DNA of 63,525 bases, counting the filler, from Globobulimina sp. (lineage: Eukaryota): the NCBI GenBank assembly GCA_003354225.1. It is 51 parts of 51 records of this genome, joined end to end, with 100 filler letters (N's around TTAATTAATTAA, not from the genome) between each part and the next. Parts side by side here need not be neighbours in the genome. Positions count along the whole stretch, not along the records: positions 1 to 1,148 come from PIVH01022329.1; positions 1,249 to 2,396 come from PIVH01022330.1; positions 2,497 to 3,644 come from PIVH01022331.1; positions 3,745 to 4,892 come from PIVH01022332.1; positions 4,993 to 6,140 come from PIVH01022333.1; positions 6,241 to 7,388 come from PIVH01022334.1; positions 7,489 to 8,636 come from PIVH01022335.1; positions 8,737 to 9,884 come from PIVH01022336.1; 43 more parts are not named here. One strand, given 5' to 3'. This document shows positions 1 to 11,844 of the stretch, piece by piece. The notes below the pieces were generated by a model. That model ran no database searches, was not told the origin of the DNA, and saw nothing but the letters and a program-made list of their open reading frames with translations. Made by a program: the position numbers and the translations under genes. The stretch's first letter is position 1. Each line of letters starts with the position of its first letter.

Positions 1-61
1 TTTTCAGAAAATCCTTTGGGGTAATGAAACTACGACACTAAATCCTCTAACTGTAATAATA

Positions 62-1087
62 ATGGCACAGTCAGACGAACAGTCCGACGTCGACGTCGAC
101 GAACATCCATTGTGGACCATACTGTTTTTCGTACCATTATATGCATTTATGTTCGCAATGTATATCGAATTAAGTCGTAGATATCGTATAATCCAAGTGA
201 TGTATTGGGTCATGCCATTCATATTAGGACCAATATTATTTTTGTTAGATTCTGGTTCATCATTGTTTTTCCTATTTAAAATTTTTAGTGCTACAGCTGG
301 TGCATGGACAGTACAATTGATTCGCCACCATTCTGAAAAATATTTAAAATTATCCATATTAAAATGGGTTGCATTTGCGTTGCTGTTATTAAATATGTTG
401 GAAGCAGTGGTGGCTGGCTCTTTTCATGCATTGTCAATGAATATATTTCCAGGTAATGCATTATTGGGTGTCATGTTATTATTAATATTAGCAAATCCAA
501 GTAATATGAAGAAGTCTTCCGATGGCTATAACAGTATGGAATATCGGATGGGTGTTTTGTGGCCAATAGCACATTCAGTATGGGATGCTGTATTTGTTTC
601 TACTATGTATTGTTATACAGGTATTGTGGGCGCCTTATTACATTTAGGCGTTCCATTACTCGTTTCGTGTTGGACTAATTTTGATCAATGGTTGCAACAC
701 AGAACTTATGCCATCTGTTTATATGCGTGGGTGGCGCTCGCTGATTCAGCATTGAATAATTCATTTCATTATTCATTGCCATTTTATTCTCAGTTTAATA
801 ACTCATTTGATAGTCTAAGACAATGTCCTATATCTCATTTATCCAACAGTATAACCAATATCATAGCATTTATATTTGGTTTAATAATGTTATTCAAACA
901 TATTTATTATGAAACATGTGCCACTGCCAGGGCCAAACAAAAACATTTTAAAATATATGATTATGATTTAACATTTATTCAATTTGCAATAAGAAATATA
1001 AGATCTAGAGGACATATGTACGTACAATCTGATTCTGAGGAGGTGCAGTCTGATGAGGAAAACTCTGAAGAAAATAATTTATTGTAA
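62..1087 (+). CDS. Multi-pass membrane protein, DUF5692-like
   Basis: Complete intronless 341-aa ORF with many hydrophobic helices; motifs FKIFSATAG, LLLNMLEAV, GNALLG and WLQHRTYAI resemble my recollection of bacterial DUF5692. Confidence 0.6.
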   Translation: MAQSDEQSDVDVDEHPLWTILFFVPLYAFMFAMYIELSRRYRIIQVMYWVMPFILGPILFLLDSGSSLFFLFKIFSATAGAWTVQLIRHHSEKYLKLSILKWVAFALLLLNMLEAVVAGSFHALSMNIFPGNALLGVMLLLILANPSNMKKSSDGYNSMEYRMGVLWPIAHSVWDAVFVSTMYCYTGIVGALLHLGVPLLVSCWTNFDQWLQHRTYAICLYAWVALADSALNNSFHYSLPFYSQFNNSFDSLRQCPISHLSNSITNIIAFIFGLIMLFKHIYYETCATARAKQKHFKIYDYDLTFIQFAIRNIRSRGHMYVQSDSEEVQSDEENSEENNLL

Positions 1088-1148
1088 TCATAAATGATGT
1101 AATTTATTGTAAATATGTTGAATATGTATATTGTTGATACGTTTGTCT

Positions 1149-1248
1149 NNNNNNNNNNNNNNNNNNNNNNNNNNNNNNNNNNNNNNNNNNNNTTAATTAA
1201 TTAANNNNNNNNNNNNNNNNNNNNNNNNNNNNNNNNNNNNNNNNNNNN
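1149..1248. other. Artificial contig-joining spacer (44 N + TTAATTAATTAA + 44 N); first of 50, recurring every 1248 then 1247 bp
   Basis: Identical linker with stops in all six frames; 28x1148 + 23x1147 + 50x100 = 63525, exactly the window length. Confidence 0.99.
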
Positions 1249-1563
1249 CTCGAACACTAAAACCATGTCAACTCGATCACTACACTCTGACTCTGCTCGG
1301 CTCGACTCCGACTTTCACTCATAAACGACAAAGACTTAATTTGGAATATATCGTTAAAACATCTCACTGACAAAAAAAATGAAACCGTCATGAATGAAAT
1401 AAAAAGTAGATAGAACTACTGGCTCAAGCCGCTCAACTACATTGCTACAAATTAATACACCAATTGCTACTCGTCGAACATGTTTTAATTGGTTGTATTT
1501 CCTTTGCATATCAAGTTTTTAAAAAATGCTGAAAAACAACACAGATTCTCAATTATAGATTCA

Positions 1564-2396
1564 TTAATTATATTGCCACAGTATGAGTTGAGCTTGTTCC
1601 TCTGCGTCTGACTCAGTGCCAGAATTCGAATGATAAGAAGCAACAGAGATTTCATCATCACAGCAACTGTCATTTATACTCACTTTTGTCTGCAATTCAT
1701 ATTGATATCTATTCATAATGTTTGATGTCATTTGTTGTATTTTTGCGATTAATTCAATTCCTTTTTGTCTGTCAAATAGTCCCGACATTCTTTCAAGTGA
1801 TCTCCATTGACATTGACATATTGAATGCCATTTCAGCGTACAATCCATTCCGCAATGTACCTTCAACTCATTTGCATCAAATAGCACTTCGATGGATAAC
1901 AAAAATAAAGCAAACGTAGTGCAATGTGAACCTTGTTCAGTGTTCAAAGTAATATGTTTCTCAAAATCATTCAACGTCCACTGCTTAAAATATTCTTTGA
2001 AATCTTTAACTGAATCAGGATGCTGTAACACTGCGAAACGAACTAAGCGAAGAATTATTTGCGGGATCGCACACTGTTTGTGTAAAAAGGTACCGGTACC
2101 CCCGGTTATTGAGCGGCTTTGTCATTGCAATTAAATGATACTTTTGATAAACGGATTGCATTAATTTTCTAAATTTTACTGCATCGGATGTAATTTGACT
2201 CAGCAAATCAAAAAACAATGATAATGTTTGTGTTGTGATTGATTGCCACATTTTGTCATTTTTATTGTATAATAATGCTTCAATTAAACACTCCGTATCA
2301 TCATCAGCAGTGATATTCAAGCAATATGTTGCGGCTTCAACAAACACGTTGAAATCCGAACAATTCCTCAACTTGAATGTAGTGATCAAATCTGTG
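1564..2396 (-). pseudogene. Hypothetical protein split by an apparent frameshift (5'-partial)
   Basis: ORFs 2015-2389 and 1564-2031 overlap in different frames; the second frame is open back to about 2120, spanning a C5 run at 2099-2103. Confidence 0.4.
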
Positions 2397-2566
2397 NNNN
2401 NNNNNNNNNNNNNNNNNNNNNNNNNNNNNNNNNNNNNNNNTTAATTAATTAANNNNNNNNNNNNNNNNNNNNNNNNNNNNNNNNNNNNNNNNNNNNTTTT
2501 TATAATTGCTATTTTTTTACTAGATGTTCTATTTTTAGCAGTACCAGTTCGACAATTTCCAATTGA

Positions 2567-3250
2567 ATGGCAGCAATCAACACAACAGAATCAATTTTAA
2601 CTCCAGATGAAATCGTCAGAAAAGCTCAAATAATAATGGAAAGAAATAATGCAACAAATTCTACACTCATCTCAGTTCTCCACAAAATTCTCCAATCAAA
2701 CATCGCAACTACTTCTCCAACCAATGCACCAGCAATATCAACAAAAAATCCACCACCAACAAATTTAAATTCTCAATCACATCTCGCAACTAATTCCACG
2801 ACAAAATCAGTAACAAAATCACCAACAACGTTACCAACAAAACTGTCAACAAACACAACAGCTATTCCACACATTCACCATCGTTATCAATCTAGTTCAT
2901 TGGGATTAAATTATTTAAATAATGAAACTATGCATCTTCAAGTTGAACCACTTCCGAATGTAAACAAATCTTATGGAACGTCAGAATGTTTATACTTGAT
3001 CGGAATAACAAGCGTTTTTATATTAGTTATTTGGTTCTTTTTACGTGTAGTTTGTTCACGGTGTGGCACCAAATCAGGATTCCTAAAATTAAGTAATGTT
3101 GATGACACAGAAGAGATTGAACTGCATCATATTGCGAATGGACTACAAGATCTAGACTCTTTAATGAAATATCCAAATACAATTAATATGCAACCAACAT
3201 TAACAGTGCCGGGGCCTTCCATTCCTGAGAGATTTAACTTTAAGTCGTAG
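2567..3250 (+). CDS. Thr/Pro/Ser-rich single-pass membrane protein
   Basis: Mucin-like TKSPTT region followed by one TM helix (LYLIGITSVFILVIWFFL). Confidence 0.6.
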   Translation: MAAINTTESILTPDEIVRKAQIIMERNNATNSTLISVLHKILQSNIATTSPTNAPAISTKNPPPTNLNSQSHLATNSTTKSVTKSPTTLPTKLSTNTTAIPHIHHRYQSSSLGLNYLNNETMHLQVEPLPNVNKSYGTSECLYLIGITSVFILVIWFFLRVVCSRCGTKSGFLKLSNVDDTEEIELHHIANGLQDLDSLMKYPNTINMQPTLTVPGPSIPERFNFKS

Positions 3251-3810
3251 AAAATCGCTTTAGATTTCTATTTTTTGTCGAATTAATTAATAATTATTTC
3301 TCATAAAATATACATTCTCACAATCTGCATTCTGCGATAGCAACAAATCGTTTTTCGCATATTTTGCGAATGCAATTTAGACATAACAATACATCACAAA
3401 CAAGCACCAAACTAAGAACTGTAAATTAATAATTAAATAAAAGTTATAAAACAAAAGTTATAAAACAAATAAAAAACACAGAATAATAAATGAATAAAGA
3501 ATATTTATTGTGTGGTTACAACTTCATTTTCAGCATCAACTCCATCTTCAGCAACAACATCATTTTGCTCAATTTGCTCAACAACACCATTTATTGCAAC
3601 AAAATCACCATTTTCTTATTTCTCCTCTTCATCTTTCTCTTCTTNNNNNNNNNNNNNNNNNNNNNNNNNNNNNNNNNNNNNNNNNNNNTTAATTAATTAA
3701 NNNNNNNNNNNNNNNNNNNNNNNNNNNNNNNNNNNNNNNNNNNNGTTGAGCGAAGCGAAATCCCGCCTATGCGGGGCTTAAATAGGACTTCTTTGATTAT
3801 GGTGGTTTTT

Positions 3811-3854
3811 CATTTTATCATTTTATCATTTTATCATTTTATCATTTCATCATT
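3811..3854. repeat. 8-bp tandem repeat (ATCATTTT)n
   Basis: About five consecutive units visible. Confidence 0.85.
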
Positions 3855-4240
3855 GCCTTCCTAATACTTTTGCCTAAATCCATCTGCAATAATATACCTT
3901 CGGTCAAGAAATCTTTTTACAGCCATATTCACGAGGGTTTTGTTAAATGCAAATGCAATGCATACTAAATACCTTCGTTTATATGTTTTCAACTCATGTT
4001 TGTTCACTATATTGTCGCCATTAACCTTTTTGCCTGCTAATTGAGGAGAGCTCTTCAATGAATGAGCCATGTTGCTCAACTTTGAAATCTAACTTAACGA
4101 TACAAAAAGATAACCCTGACCCCGTTGTCTTAGGTTTGCAAATCGAGAACAAAGTCAGAACAAATTTATCTTAATTTTGGATCCAAACGGGGGGGGTTAT
4201 CTTTTGGAAGTTAAACTTTAAAGAAATAGCAAGTTGCAAT

Positions 4241-4891
4241 TCAATATTTTAGCTGTTTCATGTAGCTAATCCAATACTTTGTGGTGAGTTTCTGGCGAAC
4301 CATTTTATTATTTTGCGCTGTATGATTAAAAAAATGCTGCTTATGCCACAATAACAAGTTTTCTTGGTTTATTTCATTCCAATTATTGACAATAATAACA
4401 GGCAAATCCCGATATAAATTGTCCAATGGACTGGTTTCGACGATGACAATGTGGCCAAAAATCAATGCCTCCCATGTCCGATAACAATCGATGCCGCCGC
4501 CAAATGGCGACAAAATAAACACATATTTGCTCCGAGCAGAAAATAATTCTTTCTCTGTTTTCCGACTCATTTCATTATGCACCAAAGAGGGCGAAATTCC
4601 ATAAAAAGCGTTCCACCGCGCAATGTTGCGTCGCAATTTCCGGAATCTTAACGATTTATCTTTGTTGAGCCACAAAGACGCCGTCAAATTATGCCTTTTC
4701 CTGAAACTTGCAAGCGATTTTTTGCTCTCATTCTCCCATCGCAACACGTATTCGTTGGACATGTCATCTCGGAATATTTTGATTTCTCTCTGCTGATAAT
4801 TATTTGCCGACAAACTGCGGTTTACATATTGATTCAATATTCGTTCCTGTTTTTTGGGGTGTTTCGGCATTCCATACTTGTATTTGTACAT
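4241..4891 (-). CDS. Exostosin-like (GT47-type) glycosyltransferase, C-terminal part
   Basis: FILSPFGGGIDCYRTWEALIFGHIVIV and LYRDLPVIIVNNW motifs. Confidence 0.8.
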   Translation of the reverse strand: MYKYKYGMPKHPKKQERILNQYVNRSLSANNYQQREIKIFRDDMSNEYVLRWENESKKSLASFRKRHNLTASLWLNKDKSLRFRKLRRNIARWNAFYGISPSLVHNEMSRKTEKELFSARSKYVFILSPFGGGIDCYRTWEALIFGHIVIVETSPLDNLYRDLPVIIVNNWNEINQENLLLWHKQHFFNHTAQNNKMVRQKLTTKYWISYMKQLKY

Positions 4892-4992
4892 TNNNNNNNN
4901 NNNNNNNNNNNNNNNNNNNNNNNNNNNNNNNNNNNNTTAATTAATTAANNNNNNNNNNNNNNNNNNNNNNNNNNNNNNNNNNNNNNNNNNNN

Positions 4993-5382
4993 CGATCACC
5001 AGATTTTTTCAATGCATACAATATAAGTTTTGAGCAGTATAAAATTGCTAGAAATCATTTGTTAATGATGCCTTGGGTTGGATTAACTGAATATTTATCT
5101 CAAAGTGTTGAGCAATTAAAGGTATTTTGGCAAATTAAGTCGACGAAAAAAAATACAATTTCAAAAGCAAATGTTGGTAAAAATAAACAAAAAAATCAGC
5201 AGTTATCACAGGAACTTATTGACAAAATAAAAGAATATAATAAATATGATATTGCTTTATGGCAACTGGGATATGTCTTATATTTGCAACAAGAAATTGT
5301 GATTAAATATGGATATCAGGTCGATATTCATCAGAGGTTTAGTAACAAGAATGTAAATCAGTCAACAATTGGGAAACAATAA
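4993..5382 (+). CDS. Sulfotransferase-like protein, C-terminal fragment
   Basis: Frame open from contig start; WVGLTE...SVEQL and IKEYNKYDIALW resemble the C-terminus of Golgi-type sulfotransferases. Confidence 0.55.
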   Translation, partial: RSPDFFNAYNISFEQYKIARNHLLMMPWVGLTEYLSQSVEQLKVFWQIKSTKKNTISKANVGKNKQKNQQLSQELIDKIKEYNKYDIALWQLGYVLYLQQEIVIKYGYQVDIHQRFSNKNVNQSTIGKQ

Positions 5383-5541
5383 ATATATTTGGCAGTATTT
5401 TATTATTTCAACGTTTATGTGATTTTTATTTCTCTTTTGCGTTCGGATCTTGATGTTTTTGTTTGGGCATTAATCTCCAAACGAGAGTAGCAACACGGAT
5501 ATTACCGTTATTTTGTTTTGAAATAAAAGCTTTGAAACACG

Positions 5542-6140
5542 ATGTCAGTCAACAAAAAACGGCACATCCTTTACGCATGTCTCACATTCATCCTTTTACT
5601 TGTATTGTTGTGTTATTTCAGTGATGGTGTTGATGTATTATTTCCCACAAATGTGTTGCATTCATCTCTATCAAACAAACCTGCAGCAACTGGGAATAGC
5701 AGAAATACATATAACAAATCAGGATATGGCATCATCTACACTGGCAATTTAGAATTATTCCCGCCAATATATGTATCTATCTCGACACTAAATTATCTGA
5801 ATTTTACTTCCTATCCAATTGAAATATTTGTCAATGGAAATAATTATGAATTAACAATCAGTAAATGTGAAAAATACTTTGTGTATTCATTTATTGCTAA
5901 CTTAGCAATTAACTGTTTATTCATAAACAATACATTGGCAAAATCAAAATATTCATTTAAAATATTGGCTTTATTACACACTTCGTTCCAACATGCTTTA
6001 TTTTTGGATGATGACAATATTTTGATTCAATCACCAAATATTTTATTCACTTCAGACCAATATTTAACAAATCATGCCATATTTTGGCCCGATTTGTGGG
6101 GAAAAAATTGCGCCGGATTGTTTTTTGAAGATTGCTTCTC
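5542..6140 (+). CDS. GT71 (MNN2-like) alpha-mannosyltransferase, N-terminal part
   Basis: Type II TM anchor; KILALLHTSFQHALFLDDDN and AIFWPDLW motifs. Confidence 0.8.
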
Positions 6141-6687
6141 NNNNNNNNNNNNNNNNNNNNNNNNNNNNNNNNNNNNNNNNNNNNTTAATTAATTAANNNN
6201 NNNNNNNNNNNNNNNNNNNNNNNNNNNNNNNNNNNNNNNNAAACAAATGTTATATTATTAAATTAGACGAAAATAAGCCCATTTTACAGCATCCGCCATC
6301 ACTACAAATGAATAAAAATAAGGTTTGTCAATTGATACATATATATAATATTCGTTTATTTTCTGTTTCTTTGCCTTATTCATTTGTAATGATGGTGTGA
6401 TTTCAGGTATTTATCCTCCATCCATTATATTCATTGTTTTTATTTCTATTTCATTTCTATTATTTGATCCATATCAAACAAAAACAAATACAAAAACCAA
6501 CAATACAACAAATGTCCTATACAATGCGATGCAAACAATCCAAAACTACCCATGTCGAGACTCGAGAGCACGTGCTATAATCACTAAATTTGTTGTATTG
6601 CTGGACATAAACAAAAAACATAAAATTAAATAGAAACCATTCCGCGGAGTTTACTTTTTTTTTTTATTTTTGCTTAATTTATAGAAA

Positions 6688-7299
6688 ATGACTGGAGTGC
6701 TATCACCGCAACGTAGAAATTCATTTGGTCCATTATCGGGTGGCCAACCTCCAATGAGTCCAATCAATTATAAAGTTGCCTCCCCTCCACCTCAAGCATT
6801 AGGAATATTAAGTCCGCAAAGTGATAATTTTAAGCCGTCACAACGAACGCGTTACAGCGAGTTGCATGGAAATTGGGCTATTTTGAAATGCCAGGATCCA
6901 AATCATGGCCAATATTATTATTCTGTTTGTGACTTAAATTATTTGCCCGCTATTCGCAAACAAAAAACCGAATTTATTGTAGACGAAAGATATTTATGGA
7001 GTGAGCAAGAAATCAAAGACGATTATAATCAACAAATTGACACTGACACCATTGTACATCAACAGATGAATGAAGAGAGCCAACATAATGAGATTGAGCA
7101 TGGAGAGGAAGCCGATGGATTGGATGAGAAGCAAGCACTTGGAGTGGTATATAATACTCACACTGAGCCTGTACTGCAGCGACCGGCACAGCAACGACAA
7201 AGGACATTGTGGGCGCAAGCGATATTATCATCAGAGTCGCAATATACATATGACTCGACTGCGTCATGCACCATTATGGCATTGGAATGCGCCATGCAG
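6688..7299 (+). CDS. Hypothetical protein (3'-partial; GC-rich tail beyond ~7300 probably foreign)
   Basis: Long ORF with SP-rich N-terminus; no family recognised. Confidence 0.5.
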
Positions 7300-7560
7300 G
7301 TCACTGTGGAGCAAGAGCTGCGGCGCCCGGCGTTCTTCCTGGAGCCGCCGCGCCCGGCGAATCGTGCGCGCCGTCGCCACCGCTTCGCNNNNNNNNNNNN
7401 NNNNNNNNNNNNNNNNNNNNNNNNNNNNNNNNTTAATTAATTAANNNNNNNNNNNNNNNNNNNNNNNNNNNNNNNNNNNNNNNNNNNNAGATGACAGCGT
7501 CAGCAAAGTCAATACCAAAAAACCTAGCCATTTCTAGAACAGAAAAAGAGTAAAAGTGAA

Positions 7561-8636
7561 GTGCAAGATACGAGTATTAAATTAGAAGCAAATATGAATC
7601 GATTGACTAATAAATCACGGCCCATAAATATGTCCTTACCCATCAACCCTATAAATAAGAAACCCGATGATTTGAAAACGCCGCAATCGCCAAATAACAC
7701 GCAATTACAAGCTAAGTTTCCCAATATAAGCTATAGGAACACGGGCAGTATGAACAATTCTGTAAACTCCACACCTACCAACACCACGGCCAGTGCCTTA
7801 CCGTTCACTTTGCCGCAAATCTCTTTCAATACAAGGCCACCACACTATGCCTGTACCAATACCGCCCGTCGCCAGCCCCCGCCACCGATTATAAAGCCGT
7901 TGTTTGCCTCTTCCGATCTCAACGCAAACAATACAGCCTCACATTTAACTGTATCGCAGCCGATGGCGGCGTCCTATCCCTCGCAACAAATCACACATAC
8001 AACCAATCTAAATTACAACCCATATATTTCCGCGCAATATATGTCGTTATATTCGCCCATCGGATATAGCCATACGCCGTATACCAACCACACGCAGCCA
8101 TACTACATTAAAAACGATGTAAACGCCGCACAAATGAGCTACGACAACAGCAAGAACTTCAAATTGAACCTCAATGTCAATAAAATGAAAGATAAGTTCC
8201 CGTCGGCCATTCCCAACTTTGATATCAGTGTACCCTCCAATGCGAAGCAAATGTATTGTGACACCGTGTCCTCACTGTCCAATACCTCGAATATATCCAC
8301 CTCCTCACACTCCATCACGTCCATTATCACCGAGAAAGACAGCGAAAAGGACAAGGATAGGGATAAGGAGCTCATCTCTCCCAATGGCCAGTGGATCATT
8401 CGTGCGCATGACAGTGGCTGTGCGCGTACCGAAGGCCATTACAGTTTGGCGCCAGCTAACACCCGCAAGAAATTCCGCCATTTGGCGCTGTCGGCCACGG
8501 CCACGGCCACACCGTCTCATCGCGAGCGCAATTTGAGATTTCATGTCCGCAGATCAGAGACCATTACACGTGAACGGGAGCGGGAGAGTTCGAGCACGCT
8601 ATCCTTTCGACAGAAAAATATCCAATTTGGCAAATC
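7561..8636 (+). CDS. Low-complexity N/S/T/P-rich hypothetical protein (partial)
   Basis: Open frame of >350 codons. Confidence 0.55.
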
Positions 8637-8738
8637 NNNNNNNNNNNNNNNNNNNNNNNNNNNNNNNNNNNNNNNNNNNNTTAATTAATTAANNNNNNNN
8701 NNNNNNNNNNNNNNNNNNNNNNNNNNNNNNNNNNNNGT

Positions 8739-9884
8739 TTTTTTAGCCAAAAAGCCAAATGCAATTTGAATCAATCGGATATTAATAAGATTATGATATC
8801 AACGGATAAATTTAATCAATATAATTGCTCATTGTCTAATTTCTTATATATTGACGGCAAAACACTGCAATCCATGGGTATTAATAACGAGTCGATACAC
8901 TAACAGATATGAAAAATAATTCAACAAAAACGGAAGAAATTTTATAATAATATTACAAATATACTAATTGACGAATTTCCGGACTTAGAGTCAATTATAA
9001 AGGCATTAACCGATCGGAAAATAGCCACATTTGATCATAATGCATTTTATGATGAAAAATATTTGGAACAATTTATAGCAAATTCAAAGCAAAGATATCT
9101 ATTATTACATTCAAAATGTGTCTTAAAATGTTATTTTAAAAAAGCATATTTTAATTTTATTTCTACCAAAAAAATATTAAATAATTTATACAATAACCAA
9201 TTTAATGTAAATTCCGATTTAAAACAAATATTTGGTATTTTATATGATACATTTAATAAAATAAAGAATGATGAAATGAATATTATTGATGATGATGATG
9301 ACGACGACGCTGACGCTGACAATAAAAATGAAAATGAAAATGATGATGATGATGATGGCTATGACGAAAAAAAAGACAATACAAATAATAATGTTTCAGA
9401 CAATTATTATAATTCATTATTAAATGGAATCAATCAATTGACATTAAATGAGAACACCACATCTTTCGATTTGATATTTTTACCAAACTTTAGTAATATT
9501 ACTAATATAAGAAAAGAAGAAATTGATTCAATTAATTGTTTGTTAACAACTTATGTCGAAATGAAATATAACAAACAAAAAGAATATAAAACATTTGATG
9601 ATAATGCATTGTCATTGCAATTGATGGATGCAATTAATATTAAAGAAACAAACGAAAACAATTTATTTGATAAGGTCCGAAGTTTTGTATTGATTAAAAA
9701 CACTGTGATTGGATATATTAATGATGAAAGAACAGAGAAAGAGACCGAGGTAATACTAAATTGTTCAATTGATACTTTTTCATCATATTTACAAACAATA
9801 CAAGTTTATTTAAACGATGATAATAAACGATGTGCAAAATTATTAAATAATAATAAAAGTGGCACCATATCATCGACAATAAAT
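8739..9884 (+). pseudogene. Hypothetical protein with SAM-like segment interrupted by two in-frame stops
   Basis: The frame of ORF 9063 extends to the contig start except for TAA 8901-8903 and TGA 8910-8912; FLYIDGKTLQSMGINN looks SAM-like. Confidence 0.5.
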
Positions 9885-9984
9885 NNNNNNNNNNNNNNNN
9901 NNNNNNNNNNNNNNNNNNNNNNNNNNNNTTAATTAATTAANNNNNNNNNNNNNNNNNNNNNNNNNNNNNNNNNNNNNNNNNNNN

Positions 9985-11064
9985 ATTATTTTTTTTATCT
10001 TTAATCCATTTAACCGTTAATTGAATAATATCGTTAATTTTACGTTGAATTTTATCAAAATCAACACAACATACACTTAGCCCATCATTATTCTTTTTAT
10101 TTTCTTTATTTTTATTTTTATTTTGCATCTCTTGTATCAAATCGCTGATTTTATTGTTTGTTTCTTGTAAAATCCGCAAAGTTCCAGTATGAAAAGACGA
10201 AGAATTCCATAATTTTATTTTATTCACAAAAAAAGCATACTCTTCATTCTCTGTTCCTGTTCCTGTTCCATTATAAGTAAGTAAGTTATATTTATATTTT
10301 CTCATTAAATCTGAAATAACATCTAAACATTGCCTCATATCCTTAATATATTTTATATTCCATTGACATGCATCAAATTCTTTAATTATTGCCAACATTG
10401 ATTCAATTTGTGGTTTCGTAAATAATTTTGATAATAAATTAATGTGTAATTTATAATTTAAACAGTTTGTAATTTCATAAAATTTCACTTCATAGCAACT
10501 ATTTATTAAAGATAATATTAATAATATTTCATCTTTCTGGAATTCAACATTTGAATTTGAAATTGAATCACCAAATAACGGAATGCATATATTTTCAATA
10601 AAATATGATGCATAAAATCCAAACTTTGGAGTTGATTTAATTGTGAATAATAATGATTTAATAAACGACACATTAATTATAATATCATGGGAATTATTAT
10701 TTAATATTTCGAAAAATAACGATGATAATCCATCTGGATTTGATTCATATATTTTTAATAAATAACTACAAAACACCATACTATTGTTACTATCATTTGA
10801 TGTACAATGTAAACAGTAGAAAAATTCTTTTTTAATCTGATCTGAAACAAATGCTTTTCCATTGTGAATCAAACAATATTTCCAAAACGATTTAACACAT
10901 TCAATATCATCAGCTTTAACATGATGTTCTTGGCGTATTCTGTCTAATTTAGCAATATTATTCGCGCGACCGTTATCATTATAAATACATTCTCGAAATA
11001 TTGCAGCATATCCATTGTTTGAGTCAGCTAAAAGCATATGCATAGTTCGAAACGATTCTATCAT
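9985..11064 (-). CDS. Hypothetical protein (partial)
   Basis: About 360-codon open frame in very AT-rich DNA. Confidence 0.65.
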
Positions 11065-11570
11065 ACAAAGCGGGATTACTGCTCCATACTTACGGCATGA
11101 TTCGATGACGGATTGAGGTTGAGTTTTTTTTTNNNNNNNNNNNNNNNNNNNNNNNNNNNNNNNNNNNNNNNNNNNNTTAATTAATTAANNNNNNNNNNNN
11201 NNNNNNNNNNNNNNNNNNNNNNNNNNNNNNNNTATATCTGTTGATTGCCTGATATACATGATCAGCAATACCAAGTTCATCATCAGTTAATACTTTATTT
11301 GATTTAATTAATTTGTACCCCAATATGTTATGCCAAACAAAATTTGAAGAACTTGATAAATCCGCAAATTTAAACACCAATGACACTAAAAAAAGAAAAC
11401 ATATCCAATGGTATATATCAAATGACTCAAATGACTCAAATGAGAATGTAAATATCGCCATATTATTTGGAAAAATAAAGCAATCCTAGTGAAGTGCACC
11501 TCGAAAACCTTCCTAGCGTTCAATATTCAAGAATACTAAAATAGAAGAATATGTAACCAAGCTGAAAACC

Positions 11571-11829
11571 TGGTTTGCTTTGAGTATGGTATGACCGTAT
11601 GAGTACAGCACCTACCGAACGCAGGTATTGTTGCTTATGCATATCTATGCATATTAGAAGAATTAAAAAAAATTCCACGGTGCTGAAGCATCTAATTGGT
11701 CAGAAATTTCGCGCAGAAAGAAACTCCATCGACAATAAAAGCGAAGACAAAAAAATGGATTCCATACTGTCTGCCTAGCTCAAGAAGAGCACTGGACTCA
11801 TACGGTCATACCATACTCAAAGCGAATCA
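11571..11829. repeat. 38-bp inverted repeat pair with a core resembling the 5S rRNA 5' end
   Basis: 11571-11608 and 11792-11829 are reverse complements at 35/38, with a perfect 28-bp core ACTCATACGGTCATACCATACTCAAAGC. Confidence 0.85.
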
Positions 11830-11844
11830 TGAAAAATCATATTG

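Noticed and set aside
8879..8906. Very short intron with a CTAAC branch point removing the in-frame TAA
   Set aside because: Splicing there shifts into a frame that stops within about 15 codons.
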